Below, piece after piece: positions 1-12,695 of a DNA stretch of 64,000 nt; position 1 is the stretch's first letter, and each line of letters starts with the position of its first letter. The DNA lies in the NCBI GenBank assembly GCA_964035545.1, contig OZ037767.1:31946628-32010627 (forward strand), in the 5' to 3' direction. Below the pieces are notes generated by a model, which was not told the DNA's origin, did not search any database, and saw only the letters and a program-made list of their open reading frames with translations. Both the position numbers and the translations under genes were made by a program. The stretch comes from Bugula neritina. Its lineage: Eukaryota > Animalia > Bryozoa.

Positions 1-1477
1 GTACTGTATGCAGAGTATATATTGTACTGTATGCAGAGTGTATATTGTACTGTATGCAGAGTGTATATTATACTGTATGCAGAGTGTATATTATACTGTA
101 TGCAGAGTGTATATTGTACTGTATGCAGAGTGTATATTGTACTGTATGCAGAGTGTATATTGTACTGTATGCAGAGTATATATTGTACTGTATGCAGAGT
201 ATATATTATACTCTATGCAGAGTGTATATTGTACTGTATGCAGAGTATATATTGTACTGTATGCAGGGTATATATTGTACTGTATGCAGAGTATATATTG
301 TACTGTATGCAGAGTGTATATTGTACTGTATGCAGAGTGTATATTGTACTGTATGCAGAGTATATATTGTACTGTATGCAGAGTATATATTGTACTGTAT
401 GCAGAGTATATATTGTACTGTATGCAGAGTATACATTGTACTGTATGCAGAGTGTATATTGTACTGTATGCAGAGTATATATTGTACTGTATGCAGGGTA
501 TATATTGTACTGTATGCAGAGTATATATTGTACTGTATGCAGAGTGTATATTGTACTGTATGCAGAGTATATATTGTACTGTATGCAGGGTATATATTGT
601 ACTGTATGCAGAGTATATATTGTACTGTATGCAGAGTATATATTGTACTGTATGCAGAGTATATATTGTACTGTATGCAGAGTATATATTGTACTGTATG
701 CAGAGTGTATATTGTACTGTATGCAGAGTATATATTGTACTGTATGCAGAGTATATATTGTACTGTATGCAGAGTATATATTGTACTGTATGCAGAGTGT
801 ATATTGTACTGTATGCAGAGTATATATTATACTGTATGCAGAGTGTATGTTGTACTGTATGCAGAGTGTATATTGTACTGTATGCAGAGTGTATATTGTA
901 CTGTATGCAGAGTATATATTATACTGTATGCAGAGTGTATATTGTACTGTATGCAGAGTATATATTGTACTGTATGCAGAGTGTATATTATACTGTATGC
1001 AGAGTATATATTGTACTGTATGCAGAGTATATATTATACTGTATGCAGAGTGTATGTTGTACTGTATGCAGAGTGTATATTGTACTGTATGCAGAGTATA
1101 TATTGTACTGTATGCAGAGTATATATTGTACTGTATGCAGAGTATATATTATACTGTATGCAGAGTGTATATTGTACTGTATGCAGAGTATATATTGTAC
1201 TGTATGCAGAGTGTATATTATACTGTATGCAGAGTATATATTGTACTGTATGCAGAGTATATATTATACTGTATGCAGAGTGTATGTTGTACTGTATGCA
1301 GAGTATATATTGTACTGTATGCAGAGTATATATTGTACTGTATGCAGAGTATATATTGTACTGTATGCAGAGTATATATTATACTGTATGCAGAGTGTAT
1401 ATTGTACTGTATGCAGAGTATATATTGTACTGTATGCAGAGTTTATATTGTACTGTATGCAGAGTGTATGTTGTACT
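1..1477. repeat. 23-bp minisatellite (GTACTGTATGCAGAGTRTATATT), about 64 copies, truncated by the window start
   Basis: Unit is directly visible in tandem; it explains the three overlapping 480-500 aa ORFs. Confidence 0.97.
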
Positions 1478-1647
1478 AGTATCACATGTACATCAAGTAA
1501 TATGACCTATTACATATTATAGTTCATATCATAGCTACAGATTTAGTGAGCGCATTATGAACTTTTATTTTATTAGTAAACAATAATTCATATGTTACAT
1601 TAGTAAACTGAGTAGGACACAAGACAGTAGCAGCTGCAGAGACAGCT

Positions 1648-1780
1648 AGTTATACACAGGTAGTTATACACAGGCAGCTATACACAGGCAGTTATACACA
1701 GGTAGTTATACACAGGCAGCTTATACACAGGTAGCTATACCCAGGCAGCTTATACACAGGTAGCTATATACAGGCAGCTG
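1648..1780. repeat. Degenerate 14-15 bp tandem repeat (ATACACAGGYAGYT)
   Basis: Directly visible. Confidence 0.85.
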
Positions 1781-2377
1781 GAGAGAAAGACTGCTCTGAT
1801 TGGGTATAAGACTGCAGAGTACAATGATATGTCTTACCGTAATACACTTGTAAACACATTGAGTAGAGTTGAATGCTTCAGAGAGAAGGTATTATAACTG
1901 TTCAATGGAATGATCATACGAACACACAATAGGGACCTGAGCAATTATTCAATGTGACAATGAAAGAGCTGACTATGGGTTAGAGCTGATAGCTTGTAAC
2001 TAGGCTTGATATACAGGTGGCAGCAGGTGTTAGTGAGCAGCAACATGGCGGTGACAGGGTAGCTGCTACTGCCTGCAGGTGAGTAGTAATTAATATGATA
2101 GTACAACACTACATAATATTATATAATATGATATAATGTAATAAAATATGATATAATATGATAAAGCAATATTATATAAATAACATAATATGCTAACATT
2201 TTAGTATATTATGCAATACAATGATGATATAATGGGATATACCTATAGTATAATAGGCTATATTATAGTATAATATTATATAATAAAATAAAGTAGAAAA
2301 TAATATGATGTGATATAGAACATAACATAATATAATATAATATAATATAGTATCATGTTGGTATAGTAAATTACTTG

Positions 2378-2663
2378 AGTATCAGTAGTATCCTATATTG
2401 TGAGTACTATATTACAGTATTAGTATCAGTAGTATCCTATATTGTGAGTACTATATTACAGTGTTAGTATCAGTAGTATTCTATATTGTGAGTACTATAT
2501 TACAGTGTTAGTATCAGTAGTATTCTATATTGTGAGTACTATATTACAGTATTAGTATCAGTAGTATTCTATATTGTGAGTACTATGTTACAGTATTACT
2601 ATCAGTAGTATCCTATATTGTGAGTACTATATTACAGTATTAGTATCAACAGTATTCTATATT
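2378..2663. repeat. About 44-bp minisatellite (AGTATCAGTAGTATYCTATATTGTGAGTACTATATTACAGTRTT), about 6 copies
   Basis: Directly visible. Confidence 0.9.
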
Positions 2664-3238
2664 ATGTTATTGACGACAAACAAACGTTTATTGATTTCAG
2701 GTAATTAGTTTTTGCTAACGTATTGACATTTTCGTAATAAAGTAAAACTTGAAACATATTATTTCAGATTTGTATAGCTGAGGTGATAAACTGATGCCTT
2801 CTGCTGTGACATCACTGTGAATTTGCTGACCGCTATTACGCGATAATAGTAGGTATATTATTGCAGGTGATAGTATAATATTACAGGTGATGTACTGCAG
2901 TAATCTATTTACAACAGGAATCTTTACTTGAGAAGGGATGAAACCCAACAGCGACTGACCAACTAACATTAAAACAAAAAGTGAGTTGCATTATAATATA
3001 CTATATATAATATATTATAATATATTATATATAATACATTATAATATAACATATTATATATTATAGTATATTATAAAATATTGTAATATACTATATAATA
3101 TGATATATTATATTTGATATATTATAATATAATACATTAAATTTTAAAATTGCTGTAAGAGTTGTTTGGGTGATGTACTACGTGCAGGGTGATTGCATGT
3201 GAAGTGAAAGCAGTTCCACTCTAATAGTAATATACTGC

Positions 3239-3615
3239 CCACTCAGTGCTGCTTCTATCTCACACAGGTCCACTCAGTGCTGCTACTATCTTATACAGGT
3301 CCACTCAGTGCTACTTCTATCTTACACAGGTCCACTCAGTGCTGCTTCTATCTTACACAGGTTTACTCAGTGCTGCTTCTATCTTACACAGGTTTACTCA
3401 GTGCTGCTTCTATCTCACACCGGTCCACACAGTGCTGCTTCTATCTCACACAGGTCCACTCAGTGCTGCTTCTATCTCACACAGGTCCACTCAGTGCTGC
3501 TTCTATCTCATACAGGTCCAGTCAGTGCTGCTTCTATCTCATACAGGTTTACTCAGTGCTGCTTCTATCTCATACAGGTTTACTCAGTGCTGCTTCTATC
3601 TTACACAGGTCCACT
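3239..3615. repeat. 31-bp minisatellite containing the splice acceptor of the first coding exon of the death-domain gene
   Basis: Unit CACTCAGTGCTGCTTCTATCTYAYACAG|GTC, about 12 copies; the last copy runs into GTCCACT-ATG at 3616. Confidence 0.93.
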
Positions 3616-6600
3616 ATGCCGGGAACATTTACCATAGACGACATGGAGCGCCGGGCGCCGAGCTCACTCAAGCACGCTCGGTCCATCCTAAGTAGCGCCC
3701 TTGGCAGCACCCAGAAGATGCTGATTAACATTGAGAAGTCATTCTACGGCAGCAAGCACACCAAAACTGAGATTGGCAAGAAGGCGAGACTGATAACTAA
3801 GGTACACGTCATGTTATACACGCTATGCTATAGTTAGACCACCTGACTAGATAGAGAACACAATTCTTCAGTCAATAAAATTATATCTTGTGAGAGACTG
3901 TAGCTGAAAGCAGTGTCAGTGATGTGTAGTGAGTGGGCTGCATAAGTCTAGGAGTGTATAAATCTAGGGGTGTATAAACCTAGGGGTGTATAAATCTAGT
4001 GGTATACAAGTTTAGGGGTGTACGGTATAAGTCTAGGGGTGTACAAGTATAGTGGTATACAAGTTTAGGGGTGTACAGTATAAGTCTAAGAGAAAATATT
4101 AGAAGCAGGCTAGGTGAAAGACAAAGTGTGTCAGCTACGATAGCATGACATTACAGCCATATTAAGGCCGTCTAACCACCTGCACTGGCAGTAAGATGAA
4201 TATCCTTAGCCTGAGATACATTAGTATTATTTCTTTATGGGACGTTAGACATAAGCTCCATATTATGAAATATAATGGGGTATAGTCACCAGAGAGGAAG
4301 TTGAAACAATCAATATATAGCTGATTAAACTTGATGTCTTATAGTTTGCTTTGTATGTTTAACGTATATTGTACAATAAATTACATATATCTAGCTTTAT
4401 TAATATTATATAATTACAAGTAATTAAAATGCCACTTAAGCCACATTAGCATTATAAAAATGTTGTAAACTTAATATCTTATGCTAATAAAGGACTGGTT
4501 TGCTTTATAAAATCATCAAGGCATTTCAACTGCATAATAAATGTATGAATGGTAGATAGGCTATTATTAGATTAATTTTATTCATAGATATGCTATTATG
4601 AGAGTCTATTCATAGAAAGGGTTTATGCACTTTTTCCTCTTGCACATAGAGCTGTAGGTCACATGACCTATTGTTTAGCAGCATCTCCCCTTTCCTAAGA
4701 GACATTGCAACATTCACAAGTTTATATATATACTTGTGAACAGTATGATTAGTTACATGGCCATAATAAGGTAGTTGAATTGCTAGCATAGGCTATAACC
4801 TGCCTCCACACACAAAAGGTTATCTTCTCACACAACAGATGCTTGTAGTTAGAAACCATTTTCCCTCATGCCTCTTGCAGTAAAAGTTTCAGAGTAAAAT
4901 ATATATAAAGTGAGGTTAGCTTAAAATAGGACCACTTTAATATTAACCTGGTATCTTTTGTCAAATGGTATGTGCAAACAGTAGGGGAGAGTGTAGGTGA
5001 TTGTGTAGGTGATGGTAGGGGAGAGTGTAGGAGAGAGTGTAGGTGATGGTAGGGGAGAGTGTAGGAGAGATTGTAGGTGATGGTAGGGGAGAGTGTAGGA
5101 GAGAGTGTAGGTGATGGTAGGGGAGAGTGTAGGAGAGAGTGTAGGTGATGGTAGGGGAGAGTGTAGGAGAGAGTGTAGGTTATGGTAGGAGAGAGTGTAG
5201 GAGAGAGTGTAGGTGATGGTAGGGGAGAGTGTAAGAGATAGTGTAGGTGATGGTAGGAGAGAGTGTTATAGGTGATGGTAGGGGAGAGTGTAGGAGAGAG
5301 TGTAGGCGGGTGTGTAGGTGAGTGTAGGTGAGTGCAGGTTAGCTTCTATTCACTGTCAGCAGATCAGAGAATACCTCAGGACAATGACCTCTCAACAGCT
5401 GCTGTCAGCTGCGTCATACTGCATCAGGAACAATTTAATTGATCGCATTGCTTCATACTTTATAGTATGTAGGTAAATAGATCCTGAATTCAGATGCGTG
5501 AGATCAGAGGTGCATTGAGGAACAAAATTACACGACATAAAAACTTGCTAATTGGTGATTATTACTGCCAGTTGGTGGCTTCAAATCAATTTGGGCAGTA
5601 GTTTATAAGGCTATCTCTATACATTGCAGAAGCTAGCTCTATAATAAATATTGTAGCAAGTATAACATAATTTGACAACTTACAGTCTGAGTTTAATGTA
5701 AAGCACACAGCTTGCTCAAACTGTTAATGTATAACTAAGTAGGACTTCAATGAGTGTAGCATGTATATTCCTGTAAGCAGCTGCAACTATGTGATGCCGC
5801 TAGCAGGGAATAAACTATGTGTGTGGAGTTGTCATCTTCTAGTTAACAGCCGCTTTTCCAGGTGATGAAACAAGTGAACTTGAAGTGGCTGACGGAGCCG
5901 GTGCATCTGGAGAGGCTGGCTACCCGGGCTTTGTTTGCAGACGACGATGACGACGACTACTTGGTTGGAGTCATCAAACAGATCAGGGAGTTCTATGACA
6001 AGACGTGGCGGGCTATTCCAGGGGAGCTAACTTCAGTCATAGAGCGGATAGAACTGATACTAAAGTAAGGGTTATATATAGTATAGAACTGATACTAGAG
6101 TAAGAGTTATATATAGTATAGAACTGATACTAGAGTAAGAGTTATATATAGTGTAGAACTGATACTACAGTAAGAGTTATATATAGTATAGAACTGATAC
6201 TACAGTAAGAGTTATATATAGTCTAGAACTGATACTAGAGTAAGAGTTATATATATAGTGTAGAACTGATACTACAGTAAGAGTTATATATAGTATATAA
6301 CTGATACTAGAGTAAGAGTTATATATAGTATAGAACTGATACTAGAGTAAGAGTTATATATAGTATAGAACTGATACTAGAGTAAGAGTTATATATAGTA
6401 TAGAACTGATACTACAGTAAGAGTTATATATAATATACTATAATGCAGGTATCTGCAACAATATTGTCCCCCCATGTACAACTCCCTGACTGACCCTCAC
6501 ATACAAATAGCTAGAGATTATGAACTCAAGTTCAAATCCAGAACGGCGGACATCAAGAAATACATAAAGCATGTCCTCGATCTACACGGCAACTTTCAGA

Positions 6601-9600
6601 AGGGGATGATGTATTTGGATGACATGAGTGCGGTAAGTTTACATAATATTCACTAGCAGTGCAGTAAGTTTACATAATATTCACTAGCAGTGCAGTAAGT
6701 TTATATAATATTTACTAGCAGTGCAGTGAGTTTACATAATATTTACTAGCACCACTAGTTTTATAATCAAATAAAATATTTCATTTGCAGATGTTATAGT
6801 GGAATGTTTTATAGAGGCAAACCCTTTATCACTCTCATTATGAATAACATTATATTAGATTTATGAAACCTGTACTTATTGATAGAATAAAACCTGTAAG
6901 TTTATGATCAACAGAACACGAGGGAGTTGGCTATGAAACTGGAGGCGGAGGATTGCCCCTTCGTCTTTGCGTTCTATGAGGCGTGTGAGTGTCTGCGGGA
7001 GGCAATGAGGAGTGAGCAGGATTGGCTGGTAGTTGCCAACGAATACACTTACTTTCTGGAGAGTGAAATCAATGACCTTCAATCTAGTAAAGACTCTCTT
7101 CAACAAAAGGTAAGTAAGTTGGTTGCTGATAGTTGAGGGGGTAGAATGCAGATACCAAAGGGTGAGAAGAGCTGTGAAATTTATGTTGATAAACTAATTT
7201 CATGGGAAAATAATTTCCTTTCAATAAAGCTCAGTGTACATATTTTCTTAATGAATAGAAAAAGTCAGCCATCATGGCTGTTTTGAAAAGGAGTAGTATT
7301 ACTTCCAAGGTGTGTAGCTGTAGTGTATTTATAATTCCAGATTATGTAACTAAAAGGGCGGCATATGTTTGAGCTTTAATCTCTTTCATAGTTGTTGTGA
7401 TAGGCAAACATGAAAGAGCAGTGTTTGTAAAGCTGATTATTTTCAAATTTTATGTTAAAAAAGCTGAATTGATTGTATTGAAGTAATGAGCGAGTCATGC
7501 AGGTAACACCTAAATAGAGATTATAACTATCCACCTTACTATAGCACACTATACTATACTATAGCACACTATACTGTACTATAGCATACTATACTATAGC
7601 ACACTATACTATAGCACACTATACTATGCTATAGCACACTATACTATAACACACTATACTATACTGTAACAATAGACGATAACATATAATACTAATGATA
7701 TATTTTATAATGTTTATTTATTTAAAGTTTGGTAGAATATAAATGTTATATGCTACAAACTTTGACTCATAATATTTTATTCCATTTCTTATAAAAGTGC
7801 ATTTCCCATTTGTATACATTTATATGCCTGTGAGAGTAGTTCATAGACTGAGGGCTGACCTTACATATCAACTATAAATGACGGGCAGGTGCTGAAGAAA
7901 CAAGACCAGTATAACAAAGGTAACTACAGGCTAACGACGCTCCGTCAGGAACTGGACATTCAGCAGCGTCAGCAGGCTTCCCTACAAAGCAAAGAAATGG
8001 AGTTGGTGGTTAGAGATGAGGCGCTTGCAGCTCAGGTATAATACTTCAGGAGTCTGATATAGTAGGATAGAGGGCACTTTACGCTTATAGTCACAGGGTG
8101 ACATAAATGTGACATGTGTGACGCTGTTACAGTTTGGAATGTAGGACTTGGTTTCCAACTTTAGGGCAATATTTCAATTAACTAAAAACTATTTTGAACA
8201 CCGACAGGTGGCAGAAAGGAAACTGGACTTTGACATCAAAGAGTTTCGACTGGCAGAGTTGAAGAGAACCACAAACCCCAAGACGGCCACTTTAGCTGCC
8301 GTAGATGCTTTGAACAAGCTGACAGATGAGGTCAAGGTCGAAGGTAGGTCATCCCTCTTGTTATAGCTGTCCAATCACAACCTTTAACCTTACTTGAGAA
8401 GTTTATAGTCTCATATTAACGCAAGTGTTAAAAGTAGCCTAATTAGTTATATCTGAGTAATTGGAGTCACGCCAAATTTGAATTGTGAATAATTTAAAAT
8501 AGCAGCTGGTTAAAGATGTTCACTCTCTTTTAATGAAGGTAAGGAACTGATGGATATAGAAAAGGAGAGAAATTTAATAAAACTAAAAATATGCCAACTG
8601 GTAGAGAAGCAACAGCAGTATCACACCATGACCCTGGAGTATGAGAAGCTAAACAAACGAGTGAAGGTGTTGAATCGCAGCTACCTGGCCACCCACAAAG
8701 AGTTCACAAAAGTATCTCACACTATTGACCATGTCAGGTAACTTTAGGTGTCTTATATACAGTACATGCATAGTACAGTGCTATATATACGTGATATAGT
8801 GTTGTATAGACATAGTACAGTGCTGTATAGACATGATACAGTGCTGTACAGACATGATGCAGTACTGTATATACATAAGACAGAGCTGTAGGTACTTCGT
8901 ATCATATTACAGGTACATGATACAGTATCTAGACACACCTGATACTGCTCAAAAGGTTTTCCTCAATCTGCCACGGCGTAAGGAAGCCCTAGAGGTATCT
9001 AGATCTCATGGTATCAACTTACAGGCAACTCCAGGTGGGTACCGTATAACTAGCAACTCCAGGTGGGTACCGTATAACTAGCAACTCCAGGTGGGTACCG
9101 TATAACTAGCAACTCCAGGTGGGTACCGTATAACTAGCAACTCCAGGTGGGTACCGTATAACTAGCAACTCCAGGTGGGTACCATATAACTAGCAACTCC
9201 AGGTGGGTACCATATAACTAGCAACTCCAGGTGGGTACCATATAACTAGCAACTCCAGGTGAGCATCGTATAACTAGCAACTTTTCCACAGTTTGCAGAC
9301 TGTCAGTTATGACATCAGCTAATTGCTGACTTTGGTGTGTTTCAAACAGACGACACACTGGACCGAGTGTTCACCCTGCTGTCTCAGACGCTGGGTAGTA
9401 AATGGATTGATATGTATCGCGAGCTACCTTTCTTCCCGCCCCGAGGGTGTCGCACTATAGAACAGGATATAGTCTCCATACAGAGCGAGTGCATGCGTGA
9501 TTCTGTCAGCAAAGAAGTGAGGAAGAGTTTAGAGCGTTGGCGGAGATTCCACACAAGGGCAAAGGTGAAACTTTGAAATAAAATATCAAATAATTGTTCA

Positions 9601-9727
9601 ATGGTGGTATACGAGACATATAAGGTGTATGAAATATATGCCATTGGAGTTAAATTTGACTATAGCCTTTTGCAACAGTTGACTTACTGTTGCAATTTTA
9701 TAAATTTCAAAATTAGTGAAAATGAGC

Positions 9728-9781
<54 letters not shown>

Positions 9782-10153
9782 AAAATCTGAAATTTGTAGA
9801 ATATTGTAATCAAACAAATATAGTGTTGTAGCAATGACGTACTTGTACTATAAAATTTTATTGTATATTAACAACATAAACGCCGCGATGTTATGTAATT
9901 TTAGGCTTCTGACTTACTGCCTGTGATAAAGCAGTTAGGAGAGAATGATCTTCTAGATGCTATAGACAAAGTGGTGAACCCGCCTCGACTAAAGACACCG
10001 GTCATAGAACACATTCCAACCTTCTTGGACAAGAAACTAGAAAAATATTACCACCAGGTTTCCCGATATGACTTCCTACGACACAGTCACGGCAAGAAAA
10101 GCCAAACGCCTGCGCTTCCACCGATTGGGCGGAAAACTATCAAAGGCAACTAG
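3616..10153 (+). CDS. Uncharacterised protein of about 630 aa with a central coiled coil and a C-terminal death-domain-like fold (10 coding exons)
   Basis: Exons join in frame through GT-AG introns: 3616-3801, 5862-6064, 6449-6632, 6915-7109, 7889-8035, 8145-8343, 8539-8737, 8913-9034, 9350-9564, 9905-10153. The segment LDRVFTLLSQTLGSKWIDMYRELPF...SLERWRRFHTRAKASDLLPVIKQLGENDLLDAI fits the death-domain pattern; the middle is heptad- and E/K/Q-rich. Confidence 0.8.
4980..5340. repeat. Purine/G-rich about 34-bp intronic minisatellite (GTAGGGGAGAGTGTAGGAGAGAGTGTAGGTGATG)
   Basis: Directly visible. Confidence 0.9.
6048..6431. repeat. 35-bp minisatellite copying the exon end and the 5' splice site, about 11 copies
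   Basis: Exon end ATAGAACTGATACTAAA|GTAAG is repeated as ATAGAACTGATACTASA-GTAAGAGTTATATATAGT. Confidence 0.95.
6627..6750. repeat. 31-bp tandem repeat copying the exon end and donor, 4 copies
   Basis: AGTGCG|GTAAGTTTACATAATATTCACTAGC followed by AGTGCA-GTRAGTTT... copies. Confidence 0.9.
7538..7668. repeat. Low-complexity (ACTATAGCACACTAT)n intronic repeat
   Basis: Directly visible. Confidence 0.8.
9025..9282. repeat. 28-bp minisatellite copying the exon end and donor, about 9 copies
   Basis: Unit GCAACTCCAG|GTGGGTACCRTATAACTA. Confidence 0.95.
9730..9778. repeat. (AT)n microsatellite
   Basis: Directly visible. Confidence 0.95.
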
Positions 10154-12695
10154 TGAAAAAGTTGGGACAGTTAAAACTTTGCCAAGGTGCTGCAGTTGGC
10201 TTATTGCCTCTTACTTATATCAGTTCTGAGCAGTGGCCCACAACCATAGTGATTTTATTGTGGTCTTGAGGCCAAATAAATAAGAGCATATTAATATTTT
10301 GATCTATCCAAAACTTAAACGTTTAAAAATATTATAAAACAAAATTTAGTTTTTGTGTGCGTGTGAGTAGAAAACGCTGTAGCAATGAGTTTTTCTTTTG
10401 ATAACTTGGCATCATATATTTAGAATTTAAGTTAATGCTTTTGGAGTGAATTAAAGAACTAAATATTATTGAAAGGCAAAATAAATGAAAATATCTTATA
10501 TATTTTTTTATAACATTCAGTTATAATATTTTATACAAGCTAATTTGATAATAAATAATTTATTTTTGTTATACATAAAAATATTACCAAAATAAACTAA
10601 TTTGTCTTAACATACATAAAACTTTGATATCTATTCATCACTTGTGAGCATTCTTTATGTAAATTTTATAATTAATGCTTTGTTAACCTAATAGACTAAA
10701 AATTATTGCTGCAATAAAATCACTTTATTTGTTACCTTCAAAACTTAAAACAAAAATATACCGGTTGCTTGTTACCTTCCTCTTTTGCATAGTTGATAAA
10801 AAAGTTTTCAATTTATAGAAAGCAGCAATGAAAATGCATAAAAGCAGAGTCTGATAAATACTACTCAAAAAAAGCTATAGACTACTTATTTCAAAATAGT
10901 AAAGCAATTGGAAAACTGTCCTTTTTAGCTGATGACAGAATTGAAAGATTGTCCACAAATTAGATTTAGCAGAGCCAAAAGTATGACACTAATAGCAACA
11001 ATATTAGCATAAGTATAACTCATAATCTATTTATAGCTATACTAAATTATAGAATCTGTATTGGACATTATCACTTCATATGATTACTAAAACATAACTA
11101 TAACAATATGTTAAGGAACTCAATAACTATAACACTCTGAGTTATACTTTAAGTATAAGTATAAATATAAGCAGACGAATAAGCATTAGATTTAGTATAA
11201 GTCTAACAGTAACTGTAACATAAGACTAAGTATAACTATAAGTATAAGTAACTAATACTAATAGCTCAGTAAAAATATTGAGTTATAATAATAACTAAAT
11301 AAGGTATTACCATTGTAACTATTTTTTAAAAGTATTCTATACAGCACAAATATTAATATAGTTAGTTTAAAAACACTTTTTTTTTAAATTTACAAGCTTT
11401 TGCTAACAGTTAACTTTAAAATTTAGACCTGGAAAGTATTAGTATAAGTGTCAGTTGACTCTACATCTTATAGCTCTCAGTGATAGTTTTCTGCTAATTC
11501 CGGAATTGGCATTTGAAATAGAAGCACTAATTTGAATCGCCACGCTATAAAAAAACTAACCTTTCGGGCGCAAATAAATTAGCAAACTCACAATAAGTTG
11601 ACGATTTTTCTTACTACAACATTAGACATATAATCAAAACAACAACTATTTCAGCTTTCACTTTGTTCCAGCTTAGTCGCTTCATCTTTTAGTTTGAGAG
11701 TGGGAGTGAACAAGTACTCAGCACTCACGCCCACTGAGCAACAAACACTGGCAGTGACACCGAGAGACTCCAACGTTGCAACCAGACTTTGAGTGAGTTT
11801 TATATTCATAGTGGCAATGATTAAAATTTTGACTGCAGTAAAAATTATTATTAGGATAATTACAAAGATACTGATACTCATACTGATAGTCTAAGTCATA
11901 GTCATAATCATAATGATAATCTAAATAATTTAAACTATGATAATGATTGTGATTATGGTATTCATAATGACAACGGGTATACTAGTCATTATCAGATTAT
12001 GATAATCATAACCTGGACACTTACACCCAGATCATCAGTTAGTCTGAGAATTTCACCAAAGCCAGTTATACTATTACTTAGAATATCATGGTAACTTTAT
12101 GATTATTGGTATAACTATTACTAACAGTAACTCAATAATTATAATGCTAAGCTTAATGTCTCAGCGTGTGACAGGGATAGCTTGTGTCGTTAGATCATAC
12201 ACTAGCCCTAGGCTACGAGAACAGTTACTGCATTGCTGTAGAACTTTGTTCTAGCTAAAATCAAAATGAATACTTAGATTAACAATGGGATTGACAGTAC
12301 TGACATTGCATTAGTTTTAAATTAACTTGGTTAGCCATTGATTTGAATTGACTTGTTGAGACATCACAATAACATATTGAAAATAATGCTTGTTATTACT
12401 TTTCTCTATGCTTTTAGATTAATAGATGATTTTCTAAGTGTAAAGTTTAGTGCTACAAGCATTTTGAAATAATATCTTTTTTTGAGCTTTTGGTACAAAC
12501 TATCACTGAGCAATTATTAGAAGTAAAAAGTTAGTCATACTTGGTCATACTACTCTATACTTTAAGCTGTAATATAGCAGAGCATAGTTCACTTTTGAAC
12601 ACTAATAAAGCATTTACTAACTTTCCACTCAGCAGAATCAAGCTTTTCAAATTTTGTTAAATTTCATTTGTTTTAGAAAAACTATATGTCTTGGC

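Noticed and set aside
8-1522. Three overlapping ORFs of about 500 aa rich in Cys and Tyr
   Set aside because: They are translations of a stop-free 23-bp repeat; the same peptide cycles through all frames.
11651-11881. 76-aa hydrophobic minus-strand ORF
   Set aside because: AT-rich intergenic sequence with no recognisable domain or splice support.
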